A stretch of 64,000 nt of DNA from Podospora anserina (Eukaryota). Made by a program: the position numbers and the translations under genes. Location: positions 1,860,001-1,924,000 of the forward strand of contig CM030336.1 of NCBI GenBank assembly GCA_017654855.1, read 5' to 3'. Below, in pieces: positions 1-12,800 of this stretch. Within the stretch, counting starts at the first letter, position 1, and every line of letters begins with the position of its first letter. A model generated the notes under the pieces. The model did no database searches and was not told the origin of the DNA. It saw only the letters and a program-made list of their open reading frames with translations.

Positions 1-65
1 ATGGCTGAAGGATCGGGGTAGAGAGAGCAGTAACTTTAGTTGAGTTCCCCATCAACCATACTCAC

Positions 66-1566
66 TCACTTGGCAACAGGAGCGGCAATCTTCGCAGGCG
101 CGGTACCGAGACCGTTGCGGTTGCGGAAGAAGAGAACACCCTTGGCGGGACCCTCGGCACCCTCGGTGGGCTCAACCCACTGGCACCAACGAGCAGCCTT
201 CCACATGGACTTGATGAAGCCAACGGGGCCGTCCTTGACATCGGCGCGGTAGTGCTTGCCCATGACGGGCTTGATGGCTTCGGTGGCCTCGTCGGCGTTG
301 TAGAAGGGGATGGTGCTGACGTAATGGTGGAGGACGTGGGTCTCGATGATGCCGTGGAGGAGGTGGCGGCCGATGAAGCCAAACTCACGGTCGATAGTGG
401 CGGCGGCGCCCTTGACAAAGTCCCACTCCTCCTCGGTGTAGTGGGGAAGCGAGGGGTCGGTGTGCTGGAGGAAGGTGATGGCAACTGTTGCTTCGTTAGC
501 ACAAAATTCCCTTTCTGGTCCACGATTCGAGATCAAACTTACCGAGCCAGTGGTTGACCCACATGTAGGGGAGGAAGTACCAGACAAACATGTTGGCGGT
601 GCCGAACTGCTTGCAGAGGTACACCAGAATGGAGATGGTGCAGGCAATACCAATGTCGCTCATGATGATAGCCCAGGCATCACGGTTCTCATACAGAGGG
701 CTGCGGGGATCAAAATGGTTGACCCCGCCGCCGAAACCGTTCTTCTTGCCCTTGCCACGGCCCTCTCTGTGCCTCTCGTGGTTGTTGTGTCCGGTAACGT
801 TGGTGAGGAGGTAGTTCCACCAGCCGATGGTCTGCTGGCCAACCAAGTGGATCAAAGTAACGATGGGAGTCTCCTCGGCGAGCTCATGAAGCTCATGGAC
901 CATCTTGCCGAGGCGGGTGGCCTGCTGCTCGCGGGTGCGGGGAAGGAAAACCATGTCGCGCTCCATGTTGCCGGTGGCCTTGTGGTGCTTGCTGTGGCTC
1001 AGCTGCCAGCTGTAGTAGGGGACCAAGAGAGCAGAGTGAAGGAACCAGCCGGTCACGTTGCAGACAGTCTTGGAAGCGGAGAAGGCACCGTGGCCGCACT
1101 CGTGGGCAAGGACCCAGATGCCGGTACCGAAGAGACCCTGGAGGAAAGTGTAGACACCCCAGAGGACCACGCGGGCAGCCTTGTTGGGGACGTACTCGGG
1201 GGTCACAAAGTTGTGCCAGAGGTAGAAGGTGGTGGCCAAAAGAGCAATGTCACGGGCGACATAGCTGAAGCTGCGGACGTTGGACCGCTCGAAGCAGTGC
1301 TTGGGAATGGCATCGCGGATCTCCTTGATGGTGAAGTCGGGGACCTCGAACTCGTTTCCGTAAGTGTCGATGAGCTTGCCGTAATTCTTCTTGGGAGCCG
1401 GGGCGTCAGTCGAGGCAAGAGACGAAAGCGAAGTGGACGAGGCCGAGTGACGGGGAGAATCGGCGGGGGAGGGAGCGTAGCTCGAGACGGCCGAGTCGCC
1501 GTTGATAGCCTTTCTTTGAGAGGCGTTCTTCTCGGCAGCAACGCCGGAAGACTTTCCAACAGCCAT
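66..1566 (-). CDS. Delta-12 (oleate) fatty acid desaturase, 2 exons (intron ~485-542)
   Basis: His boxes HECGH, HSKHH and HVLHH; FTIKEIRDAIPKHCFERS N-terminal motif. A GT..AG intron with ctaac branch joins the ORFs 496-1710 and 66-653. Start MAVGKSS at 1566. Confidence 0.95.
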
Positions 1567-4216
1567 GGTGAGGGATGTCGCACGAGTAATTGGACGAATT
1601 GGAGAAGATGGACGCTGAGGAAAAACAGCTCCGGGTAGTACACCGTGTGCAAGAACAGCAGCAACGGGCGGAAGGGAGAGAGGGAAAAAAAAAGGAAGGG
1701 TCTGGGGCACGGGTGTTGTTAGTACGGCCGGATGGTTGATTTAGGATAGCGTCAGGTAGAGAAGGTGCCACGAACCGTTCCAAAAAAAAAAAAAAACAGA
1801 ACCCGATCGGCCACACAGAGAGGGAAAAGAGAGGATTAGGAAGGCCAGGAGAGGAAGAGAAAAAAGAAGTCCCTTCTCGGTCCGGAAATTTTCGTGTGTG
1901 TGCGGCGGTTCGGTCTCCTTATCCGTGGGTCGATATGTCTGATTTTGTTGGGACACCGCTGCAACAGAAGGACCACCCGGCACAAGTCGATACAGAATAT
2001 TGCCTGCCACTGCAACCACTTTGTAGCACAGTTTGCTGTCAATGCAGGAATGCGCCTTCTCCTTATTAAGTACAAGGCTGGGAGAGCATACATAGAGTTT
2101 GCTGCTCTGCGTGAAGGTCACGTATTGGCCACCTCACCATGGGATGAGGTGGGCAATCTCTTCTCTAGCTCATCCAGATGGCAATGTCTGGATCGATCTG
2201 GAGAGCAGAGAGCACCAGAGGTATTCACCGCCTCGCCTCTGGAGTGGGTGTGGGTGGCGGGAGACTCACATGCTAGGAACTCTTGACATTCTTTTTGCAA
2301 GCTGAGCCTGAGACAACGACGCAGTTGACCACATCTAGCATCATGCCGAGGCCCAACCGATTGGCTGCAATTGGAAAAGGGGCGGTGCTGGAGCGAACAG
2401 GAAGGCTCGAAGGCTAGTGTAGCTGATGATCGCCGTAGACTTGCATTTTCCCTTCACGCAGTCCTCTGAATTCGAATTCCAAAGAGTGAGATGGACATTC
2501 TGCTGTGCCAGCTGCCAACGATAAGTTGATCTAGTCCAAGAAACCCTCGGCCTCGAAGTCTCAGGCGCAGTGGCAAGGCCGTCATCCCAGCCCATCCAAA
2601 CGAAGAAGCACCCCGAATTGACTCGTTCTTGCTGTTTTGTTTCGTCGACAGTTCTGCAACAACAACAACAATAACAGCAAGTCCCGTCTTGTCCCTCATC
2701 GATAAGATCCGTAATGTGGGGTCCCTATTAAGGTGGTGTTGCGGGAGCGGATAGGACCCACCAACCACAAATCCCAGCCAGCTGTCAGTGCATCTCCTTC
2801 TTCGTCTAATTCAGATTTTCGACTGCGGGGGCGGGGTCTTGCCTTCTCTTTGTCAACCACCCTCTCATCATCCAGCTGCTAGCCCTCTCCCTTTCCTTCA
2901 TGTCATCAACCACCGTGTGTACCTACCCACCATCCGTCTCATTCTTCCGTCCATCCCATAACCCTCCCATCCCACTTCCCGGTCATAACCACCGGTGTTG
3001 CCCATCCACCCAAACACAACGTTTTTTTTATTCTCTGCCCCTGCTTGCTGCTGGCCAGACACACAACACAAAAAATGCATGTGCAAATCTTGGCTCTGTG
3101 GACCCCCCGATTTTGTTGGGGGAGCCTAAACCCTTTTTGTTGAGTGCTTCAAAACAACCCCTGTCACCTTGCACACCCCCCCTTTGCACCCATGATTGGC
3201 CGGACAGACGGAGGCCAAAAACCGAAAAAAATCGGAGGGTTCGGAACGGAGGGGGTTTGGTGTTGAAGATCGGGAGTCCGGGGAGTTGGTTTCTAGCCCC
3301 GGATGCGACGTTCTTTCTTTTTTGAAGGTCCAGAGCCGACGCCGAGTCAAGGCTCGGCATTTTCGCCGGTGGTTTGGTTTTCCCAGGCAACGGTTGGACG
3401 TTGTCCTCTACGTAGTTGTGGAAGCTTATTACCAGAGCCTCAAACTGTCTGTTCGCCCGCCTAGAGAATACATCGGATGGTTCTGGTCAGTTGTCAGGGA
3501 AGATAACTGAAACATCTTGCAAAAGCCTTTTTGGAGCTCGAGGCTCAGACATGATGGCACCAGACCACAATACCGACGTCACTTATCTCTTGTTTTGTGG
3601 ATTGAAGCAGGACCGCATTCCGATCCAGGCAGCGCTGAGTGTCTGGCGTCCGAGTCGTGTATTTTTACGGCCCCACCCACCTTTTCCGATATCTAGCCAT
3701 AATTCTAGCTATAGGTAAGTTTAGTAGCGTTTAATATTTTAATAAAACTAACTATAAGGTACTATACTAAGTATTATATTTTATATTTAAGAGAAGACGA
3801 AATTATAGATATAGCTTCAAATATTAAGAAATAATATTTTTTTAATTTATTATTATTAAATTATATAATTATATAAAACTTAACTGATTGAAACTAGAAC
3901 TTTTGTAATAATTATTAATTAGCCTATTAACTTTAATATTACACATTTTAATTTAAAAGTAATATTTTTTACATTAGTTATTTAGTTATAGATACTGTAG
4001 GTACCAATATTCATGGATTATTAAAAGTTTCTTAATATTGTAATAATAAAAGTAAACACTAAGGTCAAATTAGATTTATAATTTGGATAAAATTAATATA
4101 TTCTTCAGATTATTAAATGTTTATTAGTAATATTGTTATTTGAAATAAAAATAATATTGTTGTTGGTTATAATAATGTTAATTATAATAGTATTATTCAA
4201 TTTTAAACTATTACTT

Positions 4217-4621
4217 TGTGACGAACTTCTATCCAGAACCTCTAAAAAAGATACCGGTTAAAGGCTCTTCTGAACAATCCTAGTTCGGTACAGCTAAACA
4301 GTATATAATAATAGCTTGTCTCGATTACAACAGTCTAAATACCAACGATTATAACTTAAATTGCATACTGCGGAACTGTCTACCTGCACCAGCCAGTTCC
4401 TCGGTATATATAGACCTTGGGACCGTGGACCGTTGACTTACAGACGGTCCTCGGTCCACTCCTGATTAGCCGATACTGGACCGTGGACCGTGAGCTCCGC
4501 CGCGGTCCCCGGTCCCTATCTTATTAGCCCGTTTGCCCACCTAGACCGTGAGCCCCGCTCGACCGCGCGGTCCAGTCATGATTAGTCCCTCGTGGCCCCA
4601 CTGTCTTCCAGAACCGTGACA
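4217..4621 (-). mobile_element. LTR (family A), minus orientation
   Basis: Bounded by TGT...ACA (minus strand TGTCACGG...TTCGTCACA). Its reverse complement matches the 3' half of the LTR at 5788-6177 (...agctgYaccgaacta...cctttaaccSgtatc...ggttctg...gttcgtcaca). TATATATA near 4406. No matching target-site duplication (tactt / cgtta). Confidence 0.8.
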
Positions 4622-5500
4622 CGTTAATAACGAGGCTAAGGATAATAAGTAAGGTATATTCGGCCTACTACCTTTAAATAAACAGTTAAACAGAACGGCT
4701 TAACTGGGTTATAAAATAGTATCTACGGAGTTATATTAATTTCAAGTAAGACAATTAAGTTAAACTATTACTTACGGTATAATTAATATATAATATATTA
4801 CTAATAGAGACGATTAAAGTTACACTATTCTTTATAAACTTTAAATATAAGGTATATTTACGGTAGGGATTAAGCGTTAAAGTACTTAGGGCTAAGGTTA
4901 AGGTAAATAAACTATATATATTTTACGGTAAGTTTAAGGAAAAAACTAAAGTTTATAAGGAAAAAGATACGGAAATATTATAATACTAAAAGGCTCGAAG
5001 GACCTTGCCTTAAAGGGAGAAATATAGTATTCTCTTTTATACGGAATTTATATATAAAATAATTAAGTAAGAAGCTAGACTATAGGAGGGTAAAACCTTT
5101 TATAATCGAAGAAAAGGTATTAAAAATAGTATTTAGGTTTAAACTATTAGGTATTATACAGCTATAATTAAATATTTTTTATATTTTACTTTTAGAACCG
5201 GTATTACAGGTAGCTAATTTAAATATATAAATAAAAGTTAAAGACGAAAAAGAAGAATATAATATAAAAGAAGTACTAAATTTACGTATTAATAATAAAT
5301 AATTAAAATATTTAGTTAATTAGTTAGGCTACCTAGCTACGGATAATTTTTAGGAGCTAACTACGAACCTTAATTATTTTAAAAAGCTAAAGGAGTTCCA
5401 TTGGAGGAACTCTAAACGACTAAAGGTAAGGAATACCGCGAAAGACTAACTGTTAAAGCTAAAGAAAAATCGGAAAAAGCGTAGGGGATTAGGCTACCTA
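4622..5500 (+). pseudogene. RIP-degraded 3' end of a chromoviral Ty3/Gypsy pol (integrase C-terminus and chromodomain)
   Basis: Read-through translation gives remnants of integrase (TERLN..I..YLR), KKLDYRRVKPF (GPF/GPY motif) and EEYNIKEVLN...YLVN*LGYLATDNF*EL (chromodomain; W codons turned to stops). Confidence 0.75.
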
Positions 5501-5539
5501 TAGTACTAATACCCGTATTAGCGGAGTAGCCTTCAACTA

Positions 5540-5577
5540 AGTATCCCTTTTAGAGGTTCTGTATAGGCGTTCGTCAC
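5540..5577 (+). mobile_element. Truncated 3' end of a family-A LTR
   Basis: gtatcccttttagaggttctgtataggcgttcgtcaca is nearly identical to 6140-6177. Confidence 0.7.
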
Positions 5578-5742
5578 ACTCGCCGTAATAAGCATCTTGT
5601 ATGCTGCAGACTGCTTATGCTTCTTAGCACCAGATCACTTCTATCCAGCCCTAACTGGCTATTCTTTATTTAATCTAACGATTGGCTAAGGGCGCCCCGC
5701 GCCTCTCATACTGTTTAACCTACTGTTGGCTTAAATGTAACA
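5578..5742 (-). mobile_element. 5' portion of a family-A-like LTR, minus orientation
   Basis: The reverse complement starts TGTTACA and carries ggcgcggggcgccc..gccaatc, as does the 5' part of the LTR at 5788. Confidence 0.65.
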
Positions 5743-5787
5743 TTTATTACTGTTTCTAAAGTTATATATTTATAAATTAAATAAATA

Positions 5788-6177
5788 TGTTACAATCGTT
5801 AGTGGGGGACCAACGCACAGGGCGCGGGGCGCCCCTGGCCAATCATTACGGACTAGTCGGAAGAGGAGCGAAAGGCTTATGGTGATCCCGGTGAGCGGAG
5901 CGATAGGATTACGGTAATTATAGTGAGCCTTAGGTGGAGGATATAATCCGGATTACCGCTAAGGAACGCGATCTAGGTAATCTATAGGTTTATATATACG
6001 GAGGAACTAAATAGCTTGTAGATAGTTCCGTAGTATGTAATTTACAATTGTATTTACGGTATTTTGTATTTATATTGAGATATCTTATTGTGTACTATTT
6101 AGCTGCACCGAACTAATTATTAGAAGTTACCTTTAACCCGTATCCCTTTTAAAGGTTCTGTATAGGGGTTCGTCACA
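5788..6177 (+). mobile_element. Solo LTR (family A) with 5-bp target-site duplication
   Basis: TGTTACA...GTCACA termini; AAATA at both 5783-5787 and 6178-6182; CCAAT and TATATATA motifs inside. Confidence 0.88.
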
Positions 6178-6487
6178 AAATATAGTTTTCAAATAAAGAA
6201 ACTATATTCTAAAGTAATATTATTTATAATATAATAAAAGTTTTTTAAAAATTTATATTTAATTATGTAAATTAAGTTAAAAAAATAATTAGGAAAATTT
6301 AAAAACTTTATAAATATATTTTTAATAAGTATAAAGTTAATATTAATGTATAGGTACTACTAAGTGCCCTACTTACTGCCCTACAAATTAATATTATAGT
6401 GGGCAGCACTATTATAAGTAGTAATGGAACTTCCCGGCTTAGATCCCTTTAGAATATTTTTTATAAGGGACCTTTAAAGGCTTACAG

Positions 6488-6853
6488 TGAAATGGTAAGA
6501 AAACACACAAAACAACCACAACACCACAAATATACCCTCAACAGGTCTCAGAATGAACACACCTGCGTGACAGTAACTCGCTCGCAGGCCGCACTTTACG
6601 TAGGACAAAGAAAAGACACTATGGGCTCGCAGGCCATATAATAAGCACCGGATTGGCCTGATCAGAGGGCCAGAATTGCCTGCACGCGTGCAAGGCACAA
6701 AATACGAAGAAAAGAATAAAAGTCGATGTCCTATCTAAAATAGAATGTCTGAAGCAGACCGCTTATATATATGACCCCTGAACCCCTAAGTCCTTTAAGA
6801 GCCCCGCTTCCTTACTTATATTCTCAGGCCTATAGCCGTACTCTAAACCAAAC
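6488..6853 (-). repeat. 3' LTR of the family-B element
   Basis: Colinear with 17996-18361 at offset 11508; flanked on the internal side by cttcccttcgc (polypurine tract on the minus strand). Confidence 0.9.
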
Positions 6854-9800
6854 TTCCCTTCGCATTTAACCACTATAAACTAGTAGGTAAATACGTATAT
6901 AAAAAAAAATCCCTTATAAATTAAAAAAATAAAAAAAAAAATAAAAATATTATTTAATAGAAAGAAAGGAAAACGATATAATCCTGCTATTCCTTTATTT
7001 ATTTTTCTTTAATTAGAGAGAAAAGTACTTTTATTTTTCGGATTTTAAAATATACCTCCGTCCTTATCGAACTATTATAATTAGTAACCTAACGACCTCC
7101 TTCCTTCGTCTCTAAGGAACTCTAAAAGCCTACTCCTATTTTATAAAACTAAATATATAATTAAGCGAAAAGTATATTATTAACGATCCTAAATAATTAT
7201 AAGTAAAGGGACGGATAATTATAGGTTTAGAGAGGAGCGATAAGTTTATTATTATAAAAGTACGGAATTTAAAGGGGGTTATTATTTTATTTAATCGTTA
7301 AAAGTTATTCGATATATTATTTAGTTTAAACCCTTTATAATTAAAGGGAAGACCTATAATATATTTATTTTTTTTAATAGTAATAATTAAAATTAATAGA
7401 GAATTAAGGAGGGAAGTAAATTAAGGAATTAATAGAAATTTAAAAGAAAATAAAAAAGTATTTAATAAATTAAATTCTTTTACGTTTATTAAGTTTTTTA
7501 GGCCCCTCCTCCTTTATTTTTTATTACGTACCCTTTAATTAAGTTTATAACCTAAAGACCTTTTTATATAAATTATTTATAACTTTATTATTTTTTTCCT
7601 TATAATATTTATAATTTTATAATTTTTATAATAATAATTTCCTTTTTAAGCCTTTATTACCGTTAAATCCTCCTTTTTATTATATAAAATACTTTTTTTA
7701 AAAATAAATACAATAATACTTTAAAACCTAAAAACTATATTTCTATACCCCGCTCTATTTACCGTAAGCTAACCTCCTTATTTTTATATTAAAATTATAA
7801 TAAAAAACGTAACGGATATAAAATATTAAGTAAAAAATAATATTAACTTAAAACCCCTTTTAATCCTTTAACGAATCTATATAAATTAAAATACTAATAA
7901 TAATATTATAAATACTTACTATTTAATAATTTCCGTTATTAATATAAATAAAAAGAATTTAATATCGTTAATTAAAAGTATTATAATTATCGTTAGGTAA
8001 GAAAAAGTATATTAATAATTTTATTATAATAAAGTTTAAAAGTTTTTTAGGGATTTATATATAACGTTCGAGGATTTTTTAAAGAAAATACCGAAAAGTA
8101 TAAATAAAAACCGAGCTAATAAATTACTATTTAATTTTTAATTAATTTTAAAAGTTATATATTATATAAGTAAAGAAAGTTATATATATACTATAAATAT
8201 AAATCCGATTAGGGGGGGTTGTTAATTTTAAATTAAAAAAAAAATATTTAATAATATTAATCGAAAATTATTTTATAAAAATAATATTAATTTAATTAAA
8301 TTATTTTCTTATAATATAATCTTTTAAGTCGGTAATAAAATTAAGGCTAAAGTAAATAAACTAAAAAGTATCGTTATTTTAAAGAAAGAAAATACCGCGC
8401 GGGGAATTAAAGCTGTAAACCTTATTAATATTTTAAAAGTATACTTTCCGTATAATCTCTCTAATAAAATTATTAGGAGGGCCGAATTTCTTATTAATAA
8501 TAAATTTTTTTTATAATATATTATAAATAAATTTTAAAAATAATATTAATAATATTATTCTATAAAAATTAAAAAGGAATAACGTATAGTATAATCTATA
8601 ATTAGAGGGTTATCGAGAGAGAAGTAAGGAATTTAGAAAGGGGAGTCGAAAAGGGAAGAAGGTCTTTAATAAGTCTTTATTCTTTATTATTTATTTAGTT
8701 TATAAAGTAAAATTATTAAATAATTATATAAGCCGTTTAAGAAAGAAAGAGCGCCCTAATAAATCTCCTTCCTATTAAAGCTTATAGGACCGGTTATATA
8801 GTCCTATCCTTTAATTATAAATACCTATATTAATTTTCCTTACTCTTATTTACTCTTTATTTTTTTTAATATTTATTAATCGCTTCTTTATAATAATTTT
8901 TTTTTTAAAAAAACTTATTACTTTATTTAATTAAACGGTTAACGATTTTACTATTTAAGTATTTATAACTTTTTTCGTTAAAAAACTTTTTAATTAAATC
9001 GAGGGAATTTTTAATTTTATTATATATAATTAATTTAAAGTTACTATAAACCTTATTTAAAAACCTTTACTTATTACCTTTATTTATTATTTTACCGATT
9101 TTATTTATATTTCTAATAATTAAGGTATTACTTATAAAAAATATATTTAGGTTTAACGCTTTATTTATATTTATAACTTTACTATATTTAAAAGTATTAA
9201 TATTTATTATAATATTTCTTTCCTTTATTAAAAACCTTTTTAATACCTTAAAATTTCCCCTCTAAATTTTAAATATATAATTATTTTTCTTTACTTTAAA
9301 TAATTTTTCTTTAATCCGACGAAGAAGGGGAGTAAAAAAAAATAATAAATATTTTTTAAGGATATTAATATAAATAAAATTATTATTAATTATATTTTTA
9401 AAGCGTTATTAACCGGCTTTATTAAATGGATTTTTATCGAATGGTTTAATAAATAGTTCTTCGGGCGTTAACTCTTCGAAATCGTTAAATAGGTTTATCG
9501 CTTTAAAAGCTTATTTATTTAAACTATTAAATTATTATAAATACCGCCCTCTTAATTAAACTAAATTTAATATTAATATATAAGATTTAATTATATTAAT
9601 TTATATAATAAATATAATTAAAATTATCGTCGGTCTTTCGTAATATTTCCCGATAAAATTAAAATTAAAGTAATATAATTATATTTTAATTATATAGGAA
9701 GAAAGGATTTCGATTAAAAATATAAAAATTATTAATATAAAAGTATTTATTATTTATAGTTTAATATTAATAAAAATAGCTTTTACTTTAAGGATTTTAA

Positions 9801-12800
9801 TAGTAGTAGGTTATTAAAATTAAATTATAATACCGTAAGTTTAATTCTTAATAGTAAGGAAATCGATTAGGATTAAAAGTAAGAAAAATAACGGGCTAAA
9901 TATAAAGAGCTTAAAAAATAGTAAATAAATAAGAAGAAGGAAAAGAAAAAAGAAAAAAAATAGTTTTTTACTTCCTTAGATTAGAGGAAGGGGTATAAAA
10001 AAAGGAGTAAATCGGAAAAAAAAAAAATAAAAAAAGAAAAAAAAAAATTAAAAATTTAATATAATAATCTTTATTTTAATTAATTACTTTTTTTAATATC
10101 TTTTCTCCCTTTAAAAATAAATAATTCTTATAACTTTATTTTTATAATATAAACTTTAATACTTTCTTAAAGAAAAATAATAATTATAATACTTTTATTA
10201 TTATCTCCCTTTAATTACTTAAAAAGTCCTTTAGTCTACCCTTTTTCAAAATTACCTTTATACTTTTACTCTTCTTAAATCTTTTTTATACCTTAATATT
10301 CTTCCGTTTTATTTAAATCTTCTCCCTAATTATTATTTTCCTTAATATTTTTTTTACTATTTTTTTTTTTTTATTTTTATTTTTTATTATATTTATACTT
10401 TCCTTTACTTTATTCTTAAATACTTACTTAATTTTCTTTAATTTTAATTATATATCCGTATCTTTTTTATTTATATATATATTTTTTAATTTAAAAAACT
10501 TTTTTATTTTATTTAGTATATAAAAAATTTATAATAGTACCCTATTTAATATTTTTAAAAAATAATAAATATTATTTAATTTAACTTTCCTTACTTTAAA
10601 AAGACTATCCTAGCGGTACTATAGTTTCCTTACTATATTTATATTTAACTTTTTATTTATTTTATATATTAATATTAAGTCCCTCCTTTTAATTATATTA
10701 TTTTTAGGCTTAATATTATAAATCCCTTTTCTATTCTTTTTTACCGCGGCTTTTTATTTTACTATATTAACCCTCTTAGCTACTAGAGTTAAATTTATTT
10801 TTTAGGATTTTAATAGTTTTACCCTTACCTTTATTAAATCTATAATCGCTCTCTCCTTTTAGTATTTCCTTAATCTATCGAAATTAATCTTTTTTTATTA
10901 AACGACTCTCTATAACGGTACGTCCTTTTTAATTAGCGTAATAGGGTTAAACCTATATATTAAATAAAAAGTATTATACCTATAAATATTTTATATTATA
11001 ATTTTATTAATAAATAATATATAAGGGAATTATTATTTTTATTTTTTTTCTATTTTATTCGTTATTTTTATTAATATTAATATAATTAGGATATAATTAA
11101 ATTCCGTTACTCTATTTACTTTTACGTTATAAGGTAAAACTATTATCCGAAAAACTTTTAACTTTTTTAAAATTCTAATAATTTTTTTCTTAAATTTTAA
11201 TTTGCTATTTACTATTATAATTAAAAGATAACTTTATTTAAAAATAATATTATATAGAATAAAATTTTTAACCTTAAAAACTTTACTTAAGTTTAAAACC
11301 TTTATTTTTAAATATTTAATTAAATTATCCTTTACCTTTAAAAAGTAAATTTTTTTTTTCGAAGCCGTTAATAAAAATTAAATATTTAAATATTATTTTA
11401 TAAATAAAGTAATTAAAGGTTTAATATATAAATATTAATTTTCTTAACGCTTCGGGCTTTATTATTAATATTATTTATATATTTTAATTTAAGTTTTAAT
11501 ATTAATATATATATTTTTTTAATAATAGTTTTTTATTATTCGGATATAAATAATTTTTTATCCTTTATAGCCCATTTTATTATAATATATATTAAAGACT
11601 TTTTCCCGTTCGATTAAAGGATTAATAATTTTTTTAAGGGGAAAGTATTTTTTATTTAGTTTAAAAAATAAAATTCTATTTTCAAAAATTATTTTTAAAA
11701 CGTTATTTTTAATAGTCTAAACGTTAAACCTCGTTTTAGCCTTTAGCTCCGTACTAATCGCGAGGAACTTAGCGATAGTATAGGAGTAAGGAAACTATAA
11801 TTTATTTAAATAAGGGCTTTACTTAATAACTTTTTTTTTTTTTTTTAATATTAATTTATTAAATACTTATTTCCGGAATATCGTTCTTCTAAATTTTTAT
11901 ATTAATTTTATTATTAATATTTAATTTTAGCTTTTTCTCCCTTAAATTAGAGGGATTAAATAACTTTTTCGATAGTACGTCCGTTATAATATTTTTACTT
12001 TTAAAAATATAAATAATTATAAAGTTAAAAAGTTTAATTTATTTTAATTATTTTATTATTAAAGCGTTAGGAACGTTATTAACCGCCTTTTAAATTTAAT
12101 AAACTATTATTTAAATATCCGTTTTTACCGTAAAATATACCCCGAAAAAATATTTTTTAAATTTTTTTAAAGTATATAATAGTCCTTTTAACTTCCTTTT
12201 AATAATATTATATTTCTATTTAGCCGGGCTTTAAATACTACTTTTAAACTAATAAAAGTATTATTTTTTATCCGGTTTTATTTATTTAATTATTATTCCT
12301 TACCCTATTAAATTTATATTAAAAATAATAAAAATTTTACCGAAACGATTATTATTAAACGTTAAAAAAGTTAAATACAGTACTTTTATAATTAAAAAGG
12401 TAAATTACTTTATTATACTTTATTAAACTTCTATTTATTCCTATTTCGTATTTTTCTTTATTAAAAAATATAATGGAACTACGATTAAATTAAAGAAAGG
12501 TATTTATAATCGATAATAATTAGTAATTTTTAGGAAAGTATAAATATTTTTAAGACTATAGTAAGTTCGTTATTTTTTTATTTTTACTATTTTTATTTAA
12601 TTAAAGAGGCGTCCGTCCGGTATATAAAAATAGTTAAAGATAATAGTTTCCTATTTATATTAAAGGGATTTTACGGCTATAATTATAGTTCCTAAAAGTT
12701 TATAATTAAATAAAACTATATTAATATTCTTTAAATATTTTAGGATTTACTTTTTAATTCCTAACCTTTCTTTTTTATTATTATAATTTTACTTTAATTT

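Noticed and set aside
460-1638. 392-aa plus-strand ORF
   Set aside because: It is the antisense shadow of the codon-biased desaturase gene; the same applies to the long antisense ORFs over eIF3b, CCT2, MRI1 and others.
6474-6698. Duplicated small ORF (also at 17991-18206)
   Set aside because: It lies within the two LTR copies and has no ATG start or protein features; the duplication is explained by the LTRs.
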